Notes: generated by a model from the letters alone, not told the origin. Numbered from the stretch's first letter, positions 36,095 through 49,931 are shown. The stretch: DNA of 64,000 nt from Hormiphora californensis (GCA_020137815.1 CM035352.1:8308001-8372000); one strand, 5' to 3'. Made by a program: numbers and translations.

Positions 36095-39000
36095 CTATAA
36101 TTCACTCTCATTTATCACCTGATTTTCTTTCAACAGTGTCTTTGCAGCTGTTTCAGTGTGACAATCCAGCAGTGTCTTTGCAGCTGTTTCAGTGTGGTGA
36201 CAATCCAGCAGTGTCTTTGCAGCTGTTTCAGTGTGACAATCCAGCAGTGTCTTTGCAGCTGTTTCAGTGTGACAATCCAGCAGTGTCTTTGCAGCTGTTT
36301 CAGTGTGGTGACAATCCAGCAGTGTCTTTGCAGCTGTTTCAGTGTGACAATCCAGCAGTGTCTTTGCAGCTGTTTCAGTGTGACAATCCAGCAGTGTCTT
36401 TGCAGCTGTTTCAGTGTGGTGACAATCCAGCAGTGTCTTTGCAGCTGTTTCAGTGTGACAATCCAGCAGTGTCTTTGCAGCTGTTTCAGTGTGACAATCC
36501 AGCAGTGTCTTTGCAGCTGTTTCAGTGTGACAATCCAGCAGTGTCTTTGCAGCTGTTTCAGTGTGACAATCCAGCAGTGTCTTTGCAGCTGTTTCAGTGT
36601 GACAATCCAGCAGTGTCTTTGCAGCTGTTTCAGTGTGACAATCCAGCAGTGTCTTTGCAGCTGTTTCAGTGTGACAATCCAGCAGTGTCTTTGCAGCTGT
36701 TTCAGTGTGACAATCCAGCAGTGTCTTTGCAGCTGTTTCAGTGTGACAATCCAGCAGTGTCTTTGCAGCTGTTTCAGTGTGGTGACAATCCAGCAGTGTC
36801 TTTGCAGCTGTTTCAGTGTGACAATCCAGCAGTGTCTTTGCAGCTGTTTCAGTGTGACAATCCAGCAGTGTCTTTGCAGCTGTTTCAGTGTGACAATCCA
36901 GCAGTGTCTTTGCAGCTGTTTCAGTGTGACAATCCAGCAGTGTCTTTGCAGCTGTTTCAGTGTGACAATCCAGCAGTGTCTTTGCAGCTGTTTCAGTGTG
37001 ACAATCCAGCAGTGTCTTTGCAGCTGTTTCAGTGTGGTGACAATCCAGCAGTGTCTTTGCAGCTGTTTCAGTGTGACAATCCAGCAGTGTCTTTGCAGCT
37101 GTTTCAGTGTGACAATCCAGCAGTGTCTTTGCAGCTGTTTCAGTGTGACAATCCAGCAGTGTCTTTGCAGCTGTTTCAGTGTGACAATCCAGCAGTGTCT
37201 TTGCAGCTGTTTCAGTGTGACAATCCAGCAGTGTCTTTGCAGCTGTTTCAGTGTGACAATCCAGCAGTGTCTTTGCAGCTGTTTCAGTGTGACAATCCAG
37301 CAGTGTCTTTGCAGCTGTTTCAGTGTGACAATCCAGCAGTGTCTTTGCAGCTGTTTCAGTGTGGTGACAATCCAGCAGTGTCTTTGCAGCTGTTTCAGTG
37401 TGACAATCCAGCAGTGTCTTTGCAGCTGTTTCAGTGTGACAATCCAGCAGTGTCTTTGCAGCTGTTTCAGTGTGGACAATCCAGCAGTGTCTTTGCAGCT
37501 GTTTCAGTGTGACAATCCAGCAGTGTCAGTTTGCAGCTGTTTCAGTGTGACAATCCAGCAGTGTCTTTGCAGCTGTTTCAGTGTGACAATCCAGCAGTGT
37601 CTTTGCAGCTGTTTCAGTGTGACAATCCAGCAGTGTCTTTGCAGCTGTTTCAGTGTGACAATCCAGCAGTGTCTTTGCAGCTGTTTCAGTGTGACAATCC
37701 AGCAGTGTCTTTGCAGCTGTTTCAGTGTGGTGACAATCCAGCAGTGTCTTTGCAGCTGTTTCAGTGTGACAATCCAGCAGTGTCTTTGCAGCTATTTCAG
37801 TGTGGTGACAATCCAGCAGTGTCTTTGCAGCTGTTTCAGTGTGACAATCCAGCAGTGTCTTTGCAGCTGTTTCAGTGTGACAATCCAGCAGTGTCTTTGC
37901 AGCTGTTTCAGTGTGACAATCCAGCAGTGTCTTTGCAGCTGTTTCAGTGTGACAATCCAGCAGTGTCTTTGCAGCTGTTTCAGTGTGGTGACAATCCAGC
38001 AGTGTCTTTGCAGCTGTTTCAGTGTGACAATCCAGCAGTGTCTTTGCAGCTGTTTCAGTGTGACAATCCAGCAGTGTCTTTGCAGCTGTTTCAGTGTGAC
38101 AATCCAGCAGTGTCTTTGCAGCTGTTTCAGTGTGACAATGCAGCAGTGTCTTTGCAGCTGTTTCAGTGTGACAATCCAGCAGTGTCTTTGCAGCTGTTTC
38201 AGTGTGACAATCCAGCAGTGTCTTTGCAGCTGTTTCAGTGTGACAATCCAGCAGTGTCTTTGCAGCTGTTTCAGTGTGACAATCCAGCAGTGTCTTTGCA
38301 GCTGTTTCAGTGTGACAATCCAGCAGTGTCTTTGCAGCTGTTTCAGTGTGGTGACAATCCAGCAGTGTCTTTGCAGCTGTTTCAGTGTGACAATCTAGCA
38401 GTGTCTTTGCAGCTGTTTCAGTGTGACAATCCAGCAGTGTCTTTGCAGCTGTTTCAGTGTGACAATCCAGCAGTGTCAGTTTGCAGCTGTTTCAGTGTGG
38501 TGACAATCCAGCAGTGTCTTTGCAGCTGTTTCAGTGTGACAATCCAGCAGTGTCTTTGCAGCTGTTTCAGTGTGACAATCCAGCAGTGTCTTTGCAGCTG
38601 TTTCAGTGTGACAATCCAGCAGTGTCTTTGCAGCTGTTTCAGTGTGACAATCCAGCAGTGTCTTTGCAGCTGTTTCAGTGTGACAATCCAGCAGTGTCTT
38701 TGCAGCTGTTTCAGTGTGACAATCCAGCAGTGTCTTTGCAGCTGTTTCAGTGTGGTGACAATCCAGCAGTGTCTTTGCAGCTGTTTCAGTGTGGTGACAA
38801 TCCAGCAGTGTCTTTGCAGCTGTTTCAGTGTGACAATCCAGCAGTGTCTTTGCAGCTGTTTCAGTGTGACAATCCAGCAGTGTCTTTGCAGCTGTTTCAG
38901 TGTGACAATCCAGCAGTGTCTTTGCAGCTGTTTCAGTGTGACAATCCAGCAGTGTCTTTGCAGCTGTTTCAATGTGACAATCCAGCAGTGTCTTTGCAGC

Positions 39001-42000
39001 TGTTTCAGTGTGACAATCCAGCAGTGTCTTTGCAGCTGTTTCAGTGTGACAATCCAGCAGTGTCTTTGCAGCTGTTTCAGTGTGGTGACAATCCAGCAGT
39101 GTCTTTGCAGCTGTTTCAGTGTGACAATCCAGCAGTGTCTTTGCAGCTGTTTCAGTGTGGTGACAATCCAGCAGTGTCTTTGCAGCTGTTTCAGTGTGAC
39201 AATCCAGCAGTGTCTTTGCAGCTGTTTCAGTGTGGTGACAATCCAGCAGTGTCTTTGCAGCTGTTTCAGTGTGACAATCCAGCAGTGTCTTTGCAGCTGT
39301 TTCAGTGTGACAATCCAGCAGTGTCTTTGCAGCTGTTTCAGTGTGACAATCCAGCAGTGTCTTTGCAGCTGTTTCAGTGTGACAATCCAGCAGTGTCTTT
39401 GCAGCTGTTTCAGTGTGGTGACAATCCAGCAGTGTCTTTGCAGCTGTTTCAGTGTGACAATCTAGCAGTGTCTTTGCAGCTGTTTCAGTGTGACAATCCA
39501 GCAGTGTCTTTGCAGCTGTTTCAGTGTGACAATCCAGCAGTGTCAGTTTGCAGCTGTTTCAGTGTGGTGACAATCCAGCAGTGTCTTTGCAGCTGTTTCA
39601 GTGTGACAATCCAGCAGTGTCTTTGCAGCTGTTTCAGTGTGACAATCCAGCAGTGTCTTTGCAGCTGTTTCAGTGTGACAATCCAGCAGTGTCTTTGCAG
39701 CTGTTTCAGTGTGACAATCCAGCAGTGTCTTTGCAGCTGTTTCAGTGTGACAATCCAGCAGTGTCTTTGCAGCTGTTTCAGTGTGACAATCCAGCAGTGT
39801 CTTTGCAGCTGTTTCAGTGTGACAATCCAGCAGTGTCTTTGCAGCTGTTTCAGTGTGGTGACAATCCAGCAGTGTCTTTGCAGCTGTTTCAGTGTGACAA
39901 TCCAGCAGTGTCTTTGCAGCTGTTTCAGTGTGACAATCCAGCAGTGTCTTTGCAGCTGTTTCAGTGTGGTGACAATCCAGCAGTGTCTTTGCAGCTGTTT
40001 CAGTGTGACAATCCAGCAGTGTCTTTGCAGCTGTTTCAGTGTGGTGACAATCCAGCAGTGTCTTTGCAGCTGTTTCAGTGTGGTGACAATCCAGCAGTGT
40101 CTTTGCAGCTGTTTCAGTGTGACAATCCAGCAGTGTCTTTGCAGCTGTTTCAGTGTGACAATCCAGCAGTGTCTTTGCAGCTGTTTCAGTGTGACAATCC
40201 AGCAGTGTCTTTGCAGCTGTTTCAGTGTGGTGACAATCCAGCAGTGTCTTTGCAGCTGTTTCAGTGTGACAATCCAGCAGTGTCTTTGCAGCTGTTTCAG
40301 TGTGACAATCCAGCAGTGTCTTTGCAGCTGTTTCAGTGTGAAGCAGCGGCTTTGGATTGACTGGTGGCTCCGACCCAATTTTGCGCAAAATTCCAAAAGG
40401 GGACATACGGCGTGTATCAGGATTTTCAACTGTTTCATTATCACAGCCAAGTAGTGGCTTTGCAGCTGATTCTATATCACATTCCTGCAGTGGGCTTGTC
40501 TTTTTCGAGTCAAACTCATCATTCCTTGAGAGTTTGCAGCCTGTAGATAGGTCCTCGCAAAGGTTTTCTTTGCAGGTGAACCCTGTCAGTGCCACTCTTT
40601 GTTTCTTCTTGTGGCTTAGCTTCTGCTCCCTTTTGTCCGGGTGTAATAAAGGACTAAAGTAGAGTGCAAACAGGATACCACTTCCTAAAAACAGTCCAAA
40701 ACTAGTTCTCCCGCCACTTGAAATTAGCATTGTCATCTGTCCTCATCTCAACAATCACAAGAAATGCTATTGCCTCAGCGAGGAAGAGGCAGTAAAGTCC
40801 GGCAAATGAGTACCAACGTTCATCGAGCGTCTTTAGAGATGCCTTATCCTTCTTGACAATGGCTTGTCGGTAGCGCTTGGGGAAGGCCAAAAGTATGAGA
40901 AATACTTCACTAAAACTGAAAAATAGAAAGGAAAAGAAAGCGTTGTGGGGAGTTAGGCGGTGTGTTACTATCACCAACTTTCTCTTCTCGTAATGAATCT
41001 GGTTTAGAAGGTAGATGGTGAAAATGGTGGCGTGATGGGTTAGGACACAAATTCCTGGGATGTAGTTTAGTTTGGACGGATCTCCTTCCGGTTTTGTTAG
41101 TAGGTAGATGCAGCAAAGCATTAGGAGACGAGATGATATCATCAGGAGATATCCCAGGTACAACGTGCCGAGGTCGATGGAAACTTTGATGAAGGAGCAA
41201 CATAGACAGCAGGAGAGCTTGAGAGTGTAATCGAAGGAAAACCTATCACAGTATCGAGATGATTCCTCGTCAGCGCATAGTGCTAGAGGAAGGCAAACCA
41301 CTGATATTACTAGTGAAGCAATTTGAAGACCATTTGAAATATTGAAAACGTCTTTGTTCATCATGTCGGTATCGTTTATCAGTACCAGAGCTTGTAGCAG
41401 TATCTGGGGACAGTTCTCCAGGATAACCTCGAGTCTCCGGAGATAGCAGTAGCCAGAGTAAACCTGGAAATAAGAGAATTTAAGTTAAGCAAAATCTAAA
41501 ACGTACCCTTCGAAATGTGATAAGGCACTTACCACGCCGATATGGTTGATGTTCGTGACTTTGTGTCCCAGCATTTCATACACGTCTATCAAGATACCCA
41601 TTTGCAGGAAACAGATAACGTTGAAAACAACATTTTGTTTACAGTCCCAAGGGTACGGACAGAAAGACCTGTAATGAAGTCAGACATTAAAATTGATATA
41701 CTTAAGCAGATTGTGGAAAAATTCTGGGTGCTATCCTCAGTTATTAATTGATTTCAAGAACGTGGGAAATAATGCTGTGGTTTTCGTTGAAGAGACTTCT
41801 AATTACCTCCGAAAGAAAGAACTTGTGTTCTGGTCAATTTGTGGAAATGCTGGTTTATGTCCAATATTCATTATCCTCTTGTCCCTTCTTCTCCTACCCC
41901 TCGCGGCCGTTAAATGTCCATAGACAACCTGTGTAGAAATGAAAATATCACGACTATACTCCATGGAGATGCAGTTCAGAACCTGCCGTACATTTTGGAC

Positions 42001-42408
42001 CGTGGTGTCCCGACCTGTTCGGCCATTGACCGGACAAGAACAGTCCTAGTTTTCATGAGGGTGGAATGAAATAACTTCTTTTCAAGTTTTATCTGCCACC
42101 TCTAAATTCTGTGGAGTAAAACGTTCCGTTGATGACATTTGTGACGTGCACTAACCGGTACAATAGTGAAAAACAGCATGAGAGATCCCAAAATGAGATG
42201 TTTTCCCTGCTTCAAAGTCTGGATAGATACCATGAAATCTGTTACCTGAAAACGAGGGTTGCTTGACAAAGATCGATATCGATCCGATAATCAATATGTC
42301 CAGTAAGAGCGTAGTACATACCACATCAAATAGGAGAAGTACACTTCCGAACACAAGAAATATTTTTCTGTGAATCGGTATTACGGTACACCTATGCCAG
42401 TTTTTCAT
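36095..42408 (-). CDS. XK-related protein copy B with repeat-expanded C-terminal tail; 1-nt frameshift near 40730 and frame breaks within the array
   Basis: high identity to copy A; reading frame enters the array as (HTETAAKTLLDC)n; unique terminus KENQVINESEL* lies beyond the array. Confidence 0.8.
36131..40340. repeat. 33/36-bp minisatellite, ~125 units, ~4.2 kb
   Basis: unit gacaatccagcagtgtctttgcagctgtttcagtgt(ggt). Confidence 0.98.
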
Positions 42409-42596
42409 AGTTGGTACTAAGCTGATGATGAGCTGATTGTGAGTAAAGAAAATTATAAAATAACGATGAAATAAATGAGCATGTACTCCCACGCACTGAC
42501 TATACTAGGATGGTCCTTAAAAAGCTAACAACGGATCGATACGGTGGTATAGAGTTACATAAAGAGCCAACAGCAGCAGCATTACAACAACATTAT

Positions 42597-42774
42597 ACGG
42601 ACTTCCAACTCCTCTTGGCTAGCTCATTCCAATCTCTTTATTCCCATTGTTGTTTATGAGAAAGATGCAGCTGCAGTAGTATAATACTACTGCAGCTGCA
42701 TCTTTCTCATAAACAACAATGGGAATAAGGAGATTGGAATGAGCTATACTAGCCAAGAGGAGTTGGAAGTCCGT
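42597..42774. repeat. near-perfect ~87-bp-arm palindrome upstream of XK-B
   Basis: centre gcagtagtat-a-atactactgc at ~42684. Confidence 0.9.
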
Positions 42775-42987
42775 TAAAATTAAACAACAATGGCTCAAAA
42801 TTTCTATTGAAAGATTTTTTAATACATTGAAGAAATAACTAAGATAAATTCGATTCCGGTCCCTCTTGTTTTCCCTCCAAATGTGTTATTTCCGTGGTCC
42901 CACTCACTACAATCGTACAATGTATTGCTGCCTCTGTGGTCTTTATCATTTTCATGCATATGCCACCCTAGCTGTCTCTCTCCCTCC

Positions 42988-43065
<78 letters not shown>

Positions 43066-43588
43066 CTCCCTCTCTCTCTGTCTCCCTCACCCGTCCCTGT
43101 AGATCTGCACAGCATTCCGTCAGTCCCAGCACCTGCTGTGGCGAGGGAGCGTGTGCTAAATTACACCAAATACGGGATAAATACTTCCTGATATATTTCA
43201 TGTATAAATTGAGTCATACAATGCATCACTGTTCAAATGGGGCTAAGGTTTCCGATGTTCAATAGGACCAAGAGTTTTGCTATCAAGGACTTGCCGTGTG
43301 ATTTATTCAAACTCTATCTCTATCTCATGGGGTGCAAATTGCACTGCAATACGATACAAGATGAATACAAAATGAGTGTGGAGGACAGAGTGAAAGATGT
43401 GAGAGCCACTCCAAAGAGAGTACATTTACACATTGGAGGTTGTATTGTTCTTGTATAATACTGCACTCTTTGCATATAATATTCCAGCCAGCCCTGTATA
43501 AAGGATAGATAATTGGTAGTGTATTGTCATGTAACCCCATATAGACCGAATAGTCAGATACCACACATTGTTTTGGGACTTTTCTTAA

Positions 43589-44038
43589 AGGTTGACAAGA
43601 TACCTAAAACTTTTCGTATATCGTCTTATTTTGATTTATCATTAATTTTCAGCATTTTTTCAGAATTTTTTGTCGGCTAGAAATATGTGCAAAATAGGGG
43701 GTCTACTGGCAAATGAGTGTGCCTTTTTTAAACTTGATACTGGAATATCTCCGGTTCCTGATGAGATACAGAAACCGTTTTGGTAGCGTTGGAAAGGTCT
43801 TATTGAGACCAATCCAATGCAACCAAGATCAAGTAGCTATCTTTTAAGGAACCGGAAACGTGAATTTCAATTTGCGAGACGCAGTGAGTGTGCCCAGTAA
43901 AACCAGTGCTGACAATATCGGTAGACCCCCTATTTCGAATTTTTTTCTAGCCGACAAAAAATTCTGAAAAAATGCTGAAAATTAATGATAAATCAAAATA
44001 AGACGATATACAAAAAGTTTTAGGTATCTTGTCAACCT
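43589..44038. mobile_element. MITE with TTAA TSD and AG...CT ends (Kolobok-like)
   Basis: ttaa|aggttgacaagatacc ... ggtatcttgtcaacct|ttaa; TIRs >90 bp. Confidence 0.8.
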
Positions 44039-44178
44039 TTAATAAATCAATAAAAGGAATAAAATGCACCCGCGTCCACAGAATTGAACTATGATATAAA
44101 ACGACCTGTCCTTTTTCCATCCTCACTCCGTTCCACACTACTCTAGTTCAATATCCTTCTGTTCCGTTCCTCTCCACT

Positions 44179-47100
44179 CTACTCCGACCGGATCTTCTTG
44201 AATGTTTTCATTGTATCACATCCCAGGAAGGCAGCGTACTTTCGGAAAGTTTTCTGTGACATAAGGTGCTCCACTATCAGGGTGAGGTTGAACATTTTAG
44301 GAAGGTTCACCTGTTCCCTCTCCTCTTTGGTTGCTATGACGACCTGATCAGCCACCCATTCAGGCTCCAGGAGTGGGAAGATAAGGGGCCACTTTGCTTG
44401 AGTGTTGTTAAACATGCCTGGGAGATGGGAGAGATATGGGTGGTAGTGGGAGTAGTATATAACTGACTAAAAGGGGTGGTGGGGGTTGGGATGGGGACGG
44501 TGGTTATAGGGACTAGGGTTAATAAATTGATTTGGAAGAGTTTGATGTGTAATTTTGTTCACCTACCTGTTTTGGTGATGTGAGGATGGATTGATGTTAC
44601 TTTGACACCCTTTATCTGCAGGTGATCCAGCTCCGCTAACAGTGCCTGGCTGAAGCCCCGGACAGCAAACTTGCTGGTACAGTAATCCACGATCAGGGGA
44701 CCTCCGATAATGCCAGCTAGAGATGAAATGTTGACAATGTGCCCCTTTCCAGCCTCCCTCATTGCAGGTAGGACTTGTTTAGTTAGGTAGAGGGGTCCCA
44801 TAACATTCACTTTCATAACTTTCAGCATCTCCCGCTCTGTCTCTGCTTCAAAGGATTTTCCGATCACAATACCTAGGAGGGGAGAGGGTAATATTAGTCG
44901 TGCATTATATTGTTCGATTCCCGTACAGGTACGGGAATCGAACAATATAATGCAAAGAAGGTCTTCTTTACTAACGAGTCACGCGATGATGCTTGCTAAT
45001 GGATCACCCAGCCATTAGACCGGAAATTGATGCTTTTAGGATGGAGAGAGAATTCTTGAATGGATCAAAATTTCCTCAGATATCATTTTATTTCTCTCTA
45101 ATTTTTCTTTAGTGGTTGTATGTCTGGGTTGAATTACTTCCAAAAGAGTCTTTATGTAACAAGCAGTCATGCACATCTATGACGGAGTACACGTGTACTT
45201 GTGTACAATTATCTCTCTCTCTCCTTCTCACATTATCTCACACACAACTTTCTCGATTCTAGCAAGTTTTAATTGTTTCTGGCCTAGTACACACGTTATG
45301 TTTGGCTAATTGAGCGCCATCATACACAATTAATGCACGTATTTTGTACTTCCCCATCTTCACCACTCATTAACATCTTGGTTGTATATCGTAACTCGTG
45401 TTTTAAGCTGTACATACTATTATAGAGGCAGGGTCTGGGCAAGTCAACAATCTAGCATTGGTCATAGCTGCTTAGTTTTAGTAGGAAAAAGAACAAGTAG
45501 GTAAAGCTGATATACCATGCACGTGGTGTATAATAAGTAGCACTCGAAAGTACTAAGACACTCACCAGCGATGTTGAATAGATAGGAGATGTGTTGGTCA
45601 GGGGTGTTTTCCTTCACTTTCCTAACCAGATCAGCAATGTTCTCCGCCTCCCCAACATCACAGGAATACGTGTATATCGTACAATCACGGTCCTGAAATT
45701 AGCAACCCGATAATTAGTAACCCTGATTAGTAGCATTATTAGTAAACCGGTTAGCGCTATAACATAACATCTGTATAATATTTCTCCAGACAGCGGGCCT
45801 GAACAGGACCTGTTCAACAGGTGTGCAGTGCACACCACATCGCCTAAACTCTAAAGAGTAAAGACCATTTCGCTATGACATTTGCAAAACACAATAATAT
45901 CAGACACTTGTTATGTTCTAACCCTCCTTTACAAGAGGGTCGAGCAAGGCAATCAGACACCTAACTACACTGCTATTCATTACCTTAAGTTCCTCTTTCA
46001 TCTTTTCATTCAATTCCACAGCAATATCCACACAGTGAAGGGTGTTCCCATCTCGTGCCAGCCTATCCACCACCAATCGTCCTATACCCTGACCTACAGA
46101 AGAAGAGGTTGCTATGGTATGTTGCTATAGTAACTCACACACAAGCACTCTCTTTTTCTCTTCCTCAAGACTCAGTGTTTTAACGTTTGATATACCGGAA
46201 TTGTACAGCGATAATTATTACAGTGTGCTATAGTTGTTTAATAGTTGTACAATTCAATTACAGTCGGACCCCGATTTAACGGCACCCTCGGGGGAAAGGG
46301 TTTTGTCCGTTAAATCGGGGTGTCCGTTAAATCGGGGTAGAGCATATTTGGCCCATAAAACCCTATTTTGTCCAAAATGCTGTACTAAAACACCTCTAAG
46401 TGTTAAATGCTATGTCCATGTATTGATTACATGATCATTTCTGATTAGAAAAAGAAAGTAATTTCAAAATAATTTCAAAATAAGTTATAAAAATTTTCTA
46501 ATGTACTATATCTACCACGTCCGAATCGTTCATCGAATAAGTGCATGTCTTGCTGCTAATTAGACGAACCGATACGTGATACCATGCCGAATCGGGGCAC
46601 TTTAAGCGGGGTGAGGAAGAATTTGAATTTCAAAATATATTTTTCTCTGAAAATTCATGGGGAGCACCGATCAAAGCATTGACAATCATTCTGTAAAATT
46701 TTGCAAAAAAAGTTATGAAAATTTTTCAAAGGTATATCAACCACGTCCGAATCGTGTTTCGAATCAGTGCATTTTATCGCACGTCCTGTCGCTAATTAGA
46801 CGGTTCGAAACGAACCGATACGTGATCCCCATGAGACCAGTTTAACAAGCGTCAAAATTGCGATTCGATGGGCCTCAATCCTCATGGGGATCACATATCT
46901 GTTCGTTTTGAACCGTCTAATTACCGGCAAGACATGCAATAAGATGCACCGATTCGAAACACGATTCAGACGTGGTTTTTCAAAAAAATTTCAAAAAAAA
47001 ATTTCAAAAAAAAATTTCAAAAAATTTTGGGGGAAATATATCCTGCCGTTAAATCGGGGTGCCGCTAAATCGGGGGCCGTTAAATCGGGGTCCGACTGTA

Positions 47101-47295
47101 TCGCTATTTCGCTTCCTTCAATTCATGTAACCATGGTAACCATGAAATCCTACCTGTTCCGGTAATGAGAATGTTCTCTCCCTTGATTTCCTTTCTTGGT
47201 CGGCACCTGAATATCGCGTATACCGTCTCACAGATAAAGTCAGTCACCCAGTAGGTCATAAATCCCAAAAATTCCATTACTGATGAACACACCAT
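44179..47295 (-). CDS. SDR16C dehydrogenase copy B, 5 coding exons
   Basis: ILITGTGQGIG, GHIVNISSLAG, YCTSKFA; paralogous to 29032-30275. Confidence 0.9.
46261..47098. mobile_element. Tc1/mariner-pogo-like non-autonomous element in SDR-B intron 1
   Basis: TA|cagtcggaccccgatttaacggc ... gccgttaaatcggggtccgactg|TA with subterminal repeats; related fragment at 30840-30926. Confidence 0.85.
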
Positions 47296-47350
47296 CTTTC
47301 TGAACTAAGCTGAGTTGTTTGAATTGTTAGCTTGTAAAACATCCCACCTA

Positions 47351-47624
47351 TAATGTCGGATTTTTTGAAGTTGTCACCCCCCCCCCCCTTTTCACGTGCA
47401 GCTTCGTATTTGCGCGTGACAGCCCCCACTTTTCCGCAAAAAGCCGCATATCATCGGAAAGAGCATAATTTTGTGAGTCCGTAAAAGTTTTTTTTGTCGA
47501 AATTGGTCAAGAAACAAAGGCGTGAGAGCCAAAACAAACTTCGACAAGTTTCTGACGCGCAAATAAAAACTTGCGTGCCACCCAGGGGGGGGGGGGAGTG
47601 AAAACTTCAAAAAATCCGACTTTA
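47351..47624. mobile_element. MITE, same family as 3236-3392
   Basis: matching TIRs. Confidence 0.75.
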
Positions 47625-47880
47625 CTATAATGTATCTGTACAATTTTGATTACACACAATGTATATTGCAAAGGGAAACTGTCCCGCAGGCGGGTATGAA
47701 CAGAACAAGGGGAAGTAAAGCTACACATAATATATGCGTCTGAAAATTGAGACAGTGAGACAGTGAAGTGGCGCTCTATCTTTCAAAAGTTCACGAGTTA
47801 CAGTGCAAGGGAGCTTACCTCTACTCGAGATAAAGAGATGGAGAGAGAGGGCTGAGAGAGAGAGAGAGAGGGGGAGAGAG

Positions 47881-47920
<40 letters not shown>

Positions 47921-48290
47921 AGAGAGAAAAGAGAGATAGAGAGAGAGAGGGAGGGAGACAGAGAGGGCAGGGAGATAGAGAGAGAGGTAACATATAGGAA
48001 GTAGGACGGTGTTTTTATCATGTAGGCCTGGCCCCAGAAACCGCCAGTAGAACTACCACTGTATTTTGTCCACAGAATTGCATAATTTAATCAGTGCAAA
48101 TGTTTATCATCGCCAGCAGCTGGCCTTGCCATATCATATACCATGTTCAATACACAAAGGTGTGTCTGAAACCAGAGAGAAACTCTGGGAAAATTTCAGA
48201 ACTATCAACCCATGAACCCCCGTGATTTTGCTTTAGGCTGCATTCACTGATAAAAAGCTGAGAAGGGCCGAGAGATAAGGAGGGAGGCAG

Positions 48291-49845
48291 ATGGTAAATT
48301 CAAGAAATAAGGTGGACGATGTTGAGGTTCAGCTAAATGGGGCTAGGGGAGGAGATGAACAACAACATCCCAAGGTTAGATATATTTTTAGTGTTTATTT
48401 AACTTTTCTAGAACTACCGCGTGGGCCAATAAAAAGGGAGGGTCTTAAATCTTAGATTTCTCCGGCACCTGTATTCCAATGGTTCTGAAATTTTGACACA
48501 ATGTTGTTGAGCTTATGCCAGATATGTGTACTGACTTTCAAGTCCAAAAATGAAAAAAATTCATTAATGAACCTAAATTCATGTTTTTAGGCCAATGTAG
48601 GTTTTCTCTTTTCGGTTTTTTTTTTCGTTTTTAGGGACTTCTTTTGCACTCCACACCGGATATGTGATACTGGGTACAACAAAGGAAATTCGAGTCCTAT
48701 TGCAATCTTGCTAACATGATTTTGTCACATCCTGATTACGTTTTTTCTTGCTTACATGGAGGTCACATGACGCTTGTTTTTACCAATCAGTATAGGCAAT
48801 GGTAAGCTTCCATTAGCAAGGTTTCGATTTACTAATGTCTCAACTAACGGTTTGTTAATGAACTATCGGTTTAATGTTAATTTATGCAGTTATTAACGAA
48901 AAATTAAAATTTTTAAAAAAAATCGGAAATTTAAGAAAAATAATTTTTTTTAATTAAACAATTTTTCATACCAGAATGAACTTAAATGATTAAAGCATAA
49001 CCCAGCTAGGTTTTAATTTCATCTCTACAGTGCAAATCTCTCATTTTCAGCGAAAATATGTTTTTTGAAAAAATGACCATTTTTAATTCATTAATTTCAC
49101 CCACTAAACTTTATTCATTTTCAATGAAATTTCAGATTGCCATTGATAAATGTTAATACTATTGAGTGGCTGCAATTTTGCGATCCAAATCGACTTGGAA
49201 CAAGGGAAAACCTTCAATTAACTATAAAAAAAGGAATTTAGGTTCATTAATGAATTTCTGCATTTTTGGACTTGAAACTCTGTACACATATCTGGCATAA
49301 GCTCAACAACATTGTGTCAAAATTTCAGAACCATTGGAATTAAGGTGCTGGAGAAATCTAAGATTTAAGACCCTCCCTTTTTATTGGCCCACGCGGTACA
49401 CACTGAACATGGAACTGAACATGATAGGTACTTTCCGCCCACTGTGCAGACGGTCCTTTTGGATTGGCAAAGTGCAAACATGATAATATGATATTTCCTT
49501 GCACCCACCCTTAGTCCTTTTGGACTAACAAAAATGATATTATTCCAGGGAACAGGTGGTGGTGACCAGGAGAGGGTGGTGTCCCTCTATCTACAGGAGA
49601 GCCACCACCATCCGGGGGAACTAGAGCGGTACAGAGAGTATCTAGGGAACAGTGAGTCGTATCGGGCTACACGGAGGAAACAGATGTTCCTATCATCACA
49701 GGAACAGGTAATGAAGCACTACTTCAGAAACAGAGACAAAATTTGGTAATGAAGTTACCCCTCCACGCAAGCAATAATAGGGGTGACTTCGTAACCAAAA
49801 ACAAAATGAGATATACTGATAGTCAATATCTTTCCTTATATCTCT

Positions 49846-49931
<86 letters not shown>

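Noticed and set aside
36091-40454. Long plus-strand ORFs (CDNPAVSLQLFQ, VTIQQCLCSCFS) and minus-strand TLKQLQRHCWIV ORFs
   Set aside because: By-products of a stop-free 33-bp repeat; only the HTETAAKTLLDC frame connects to XK-B and its homologous terminus
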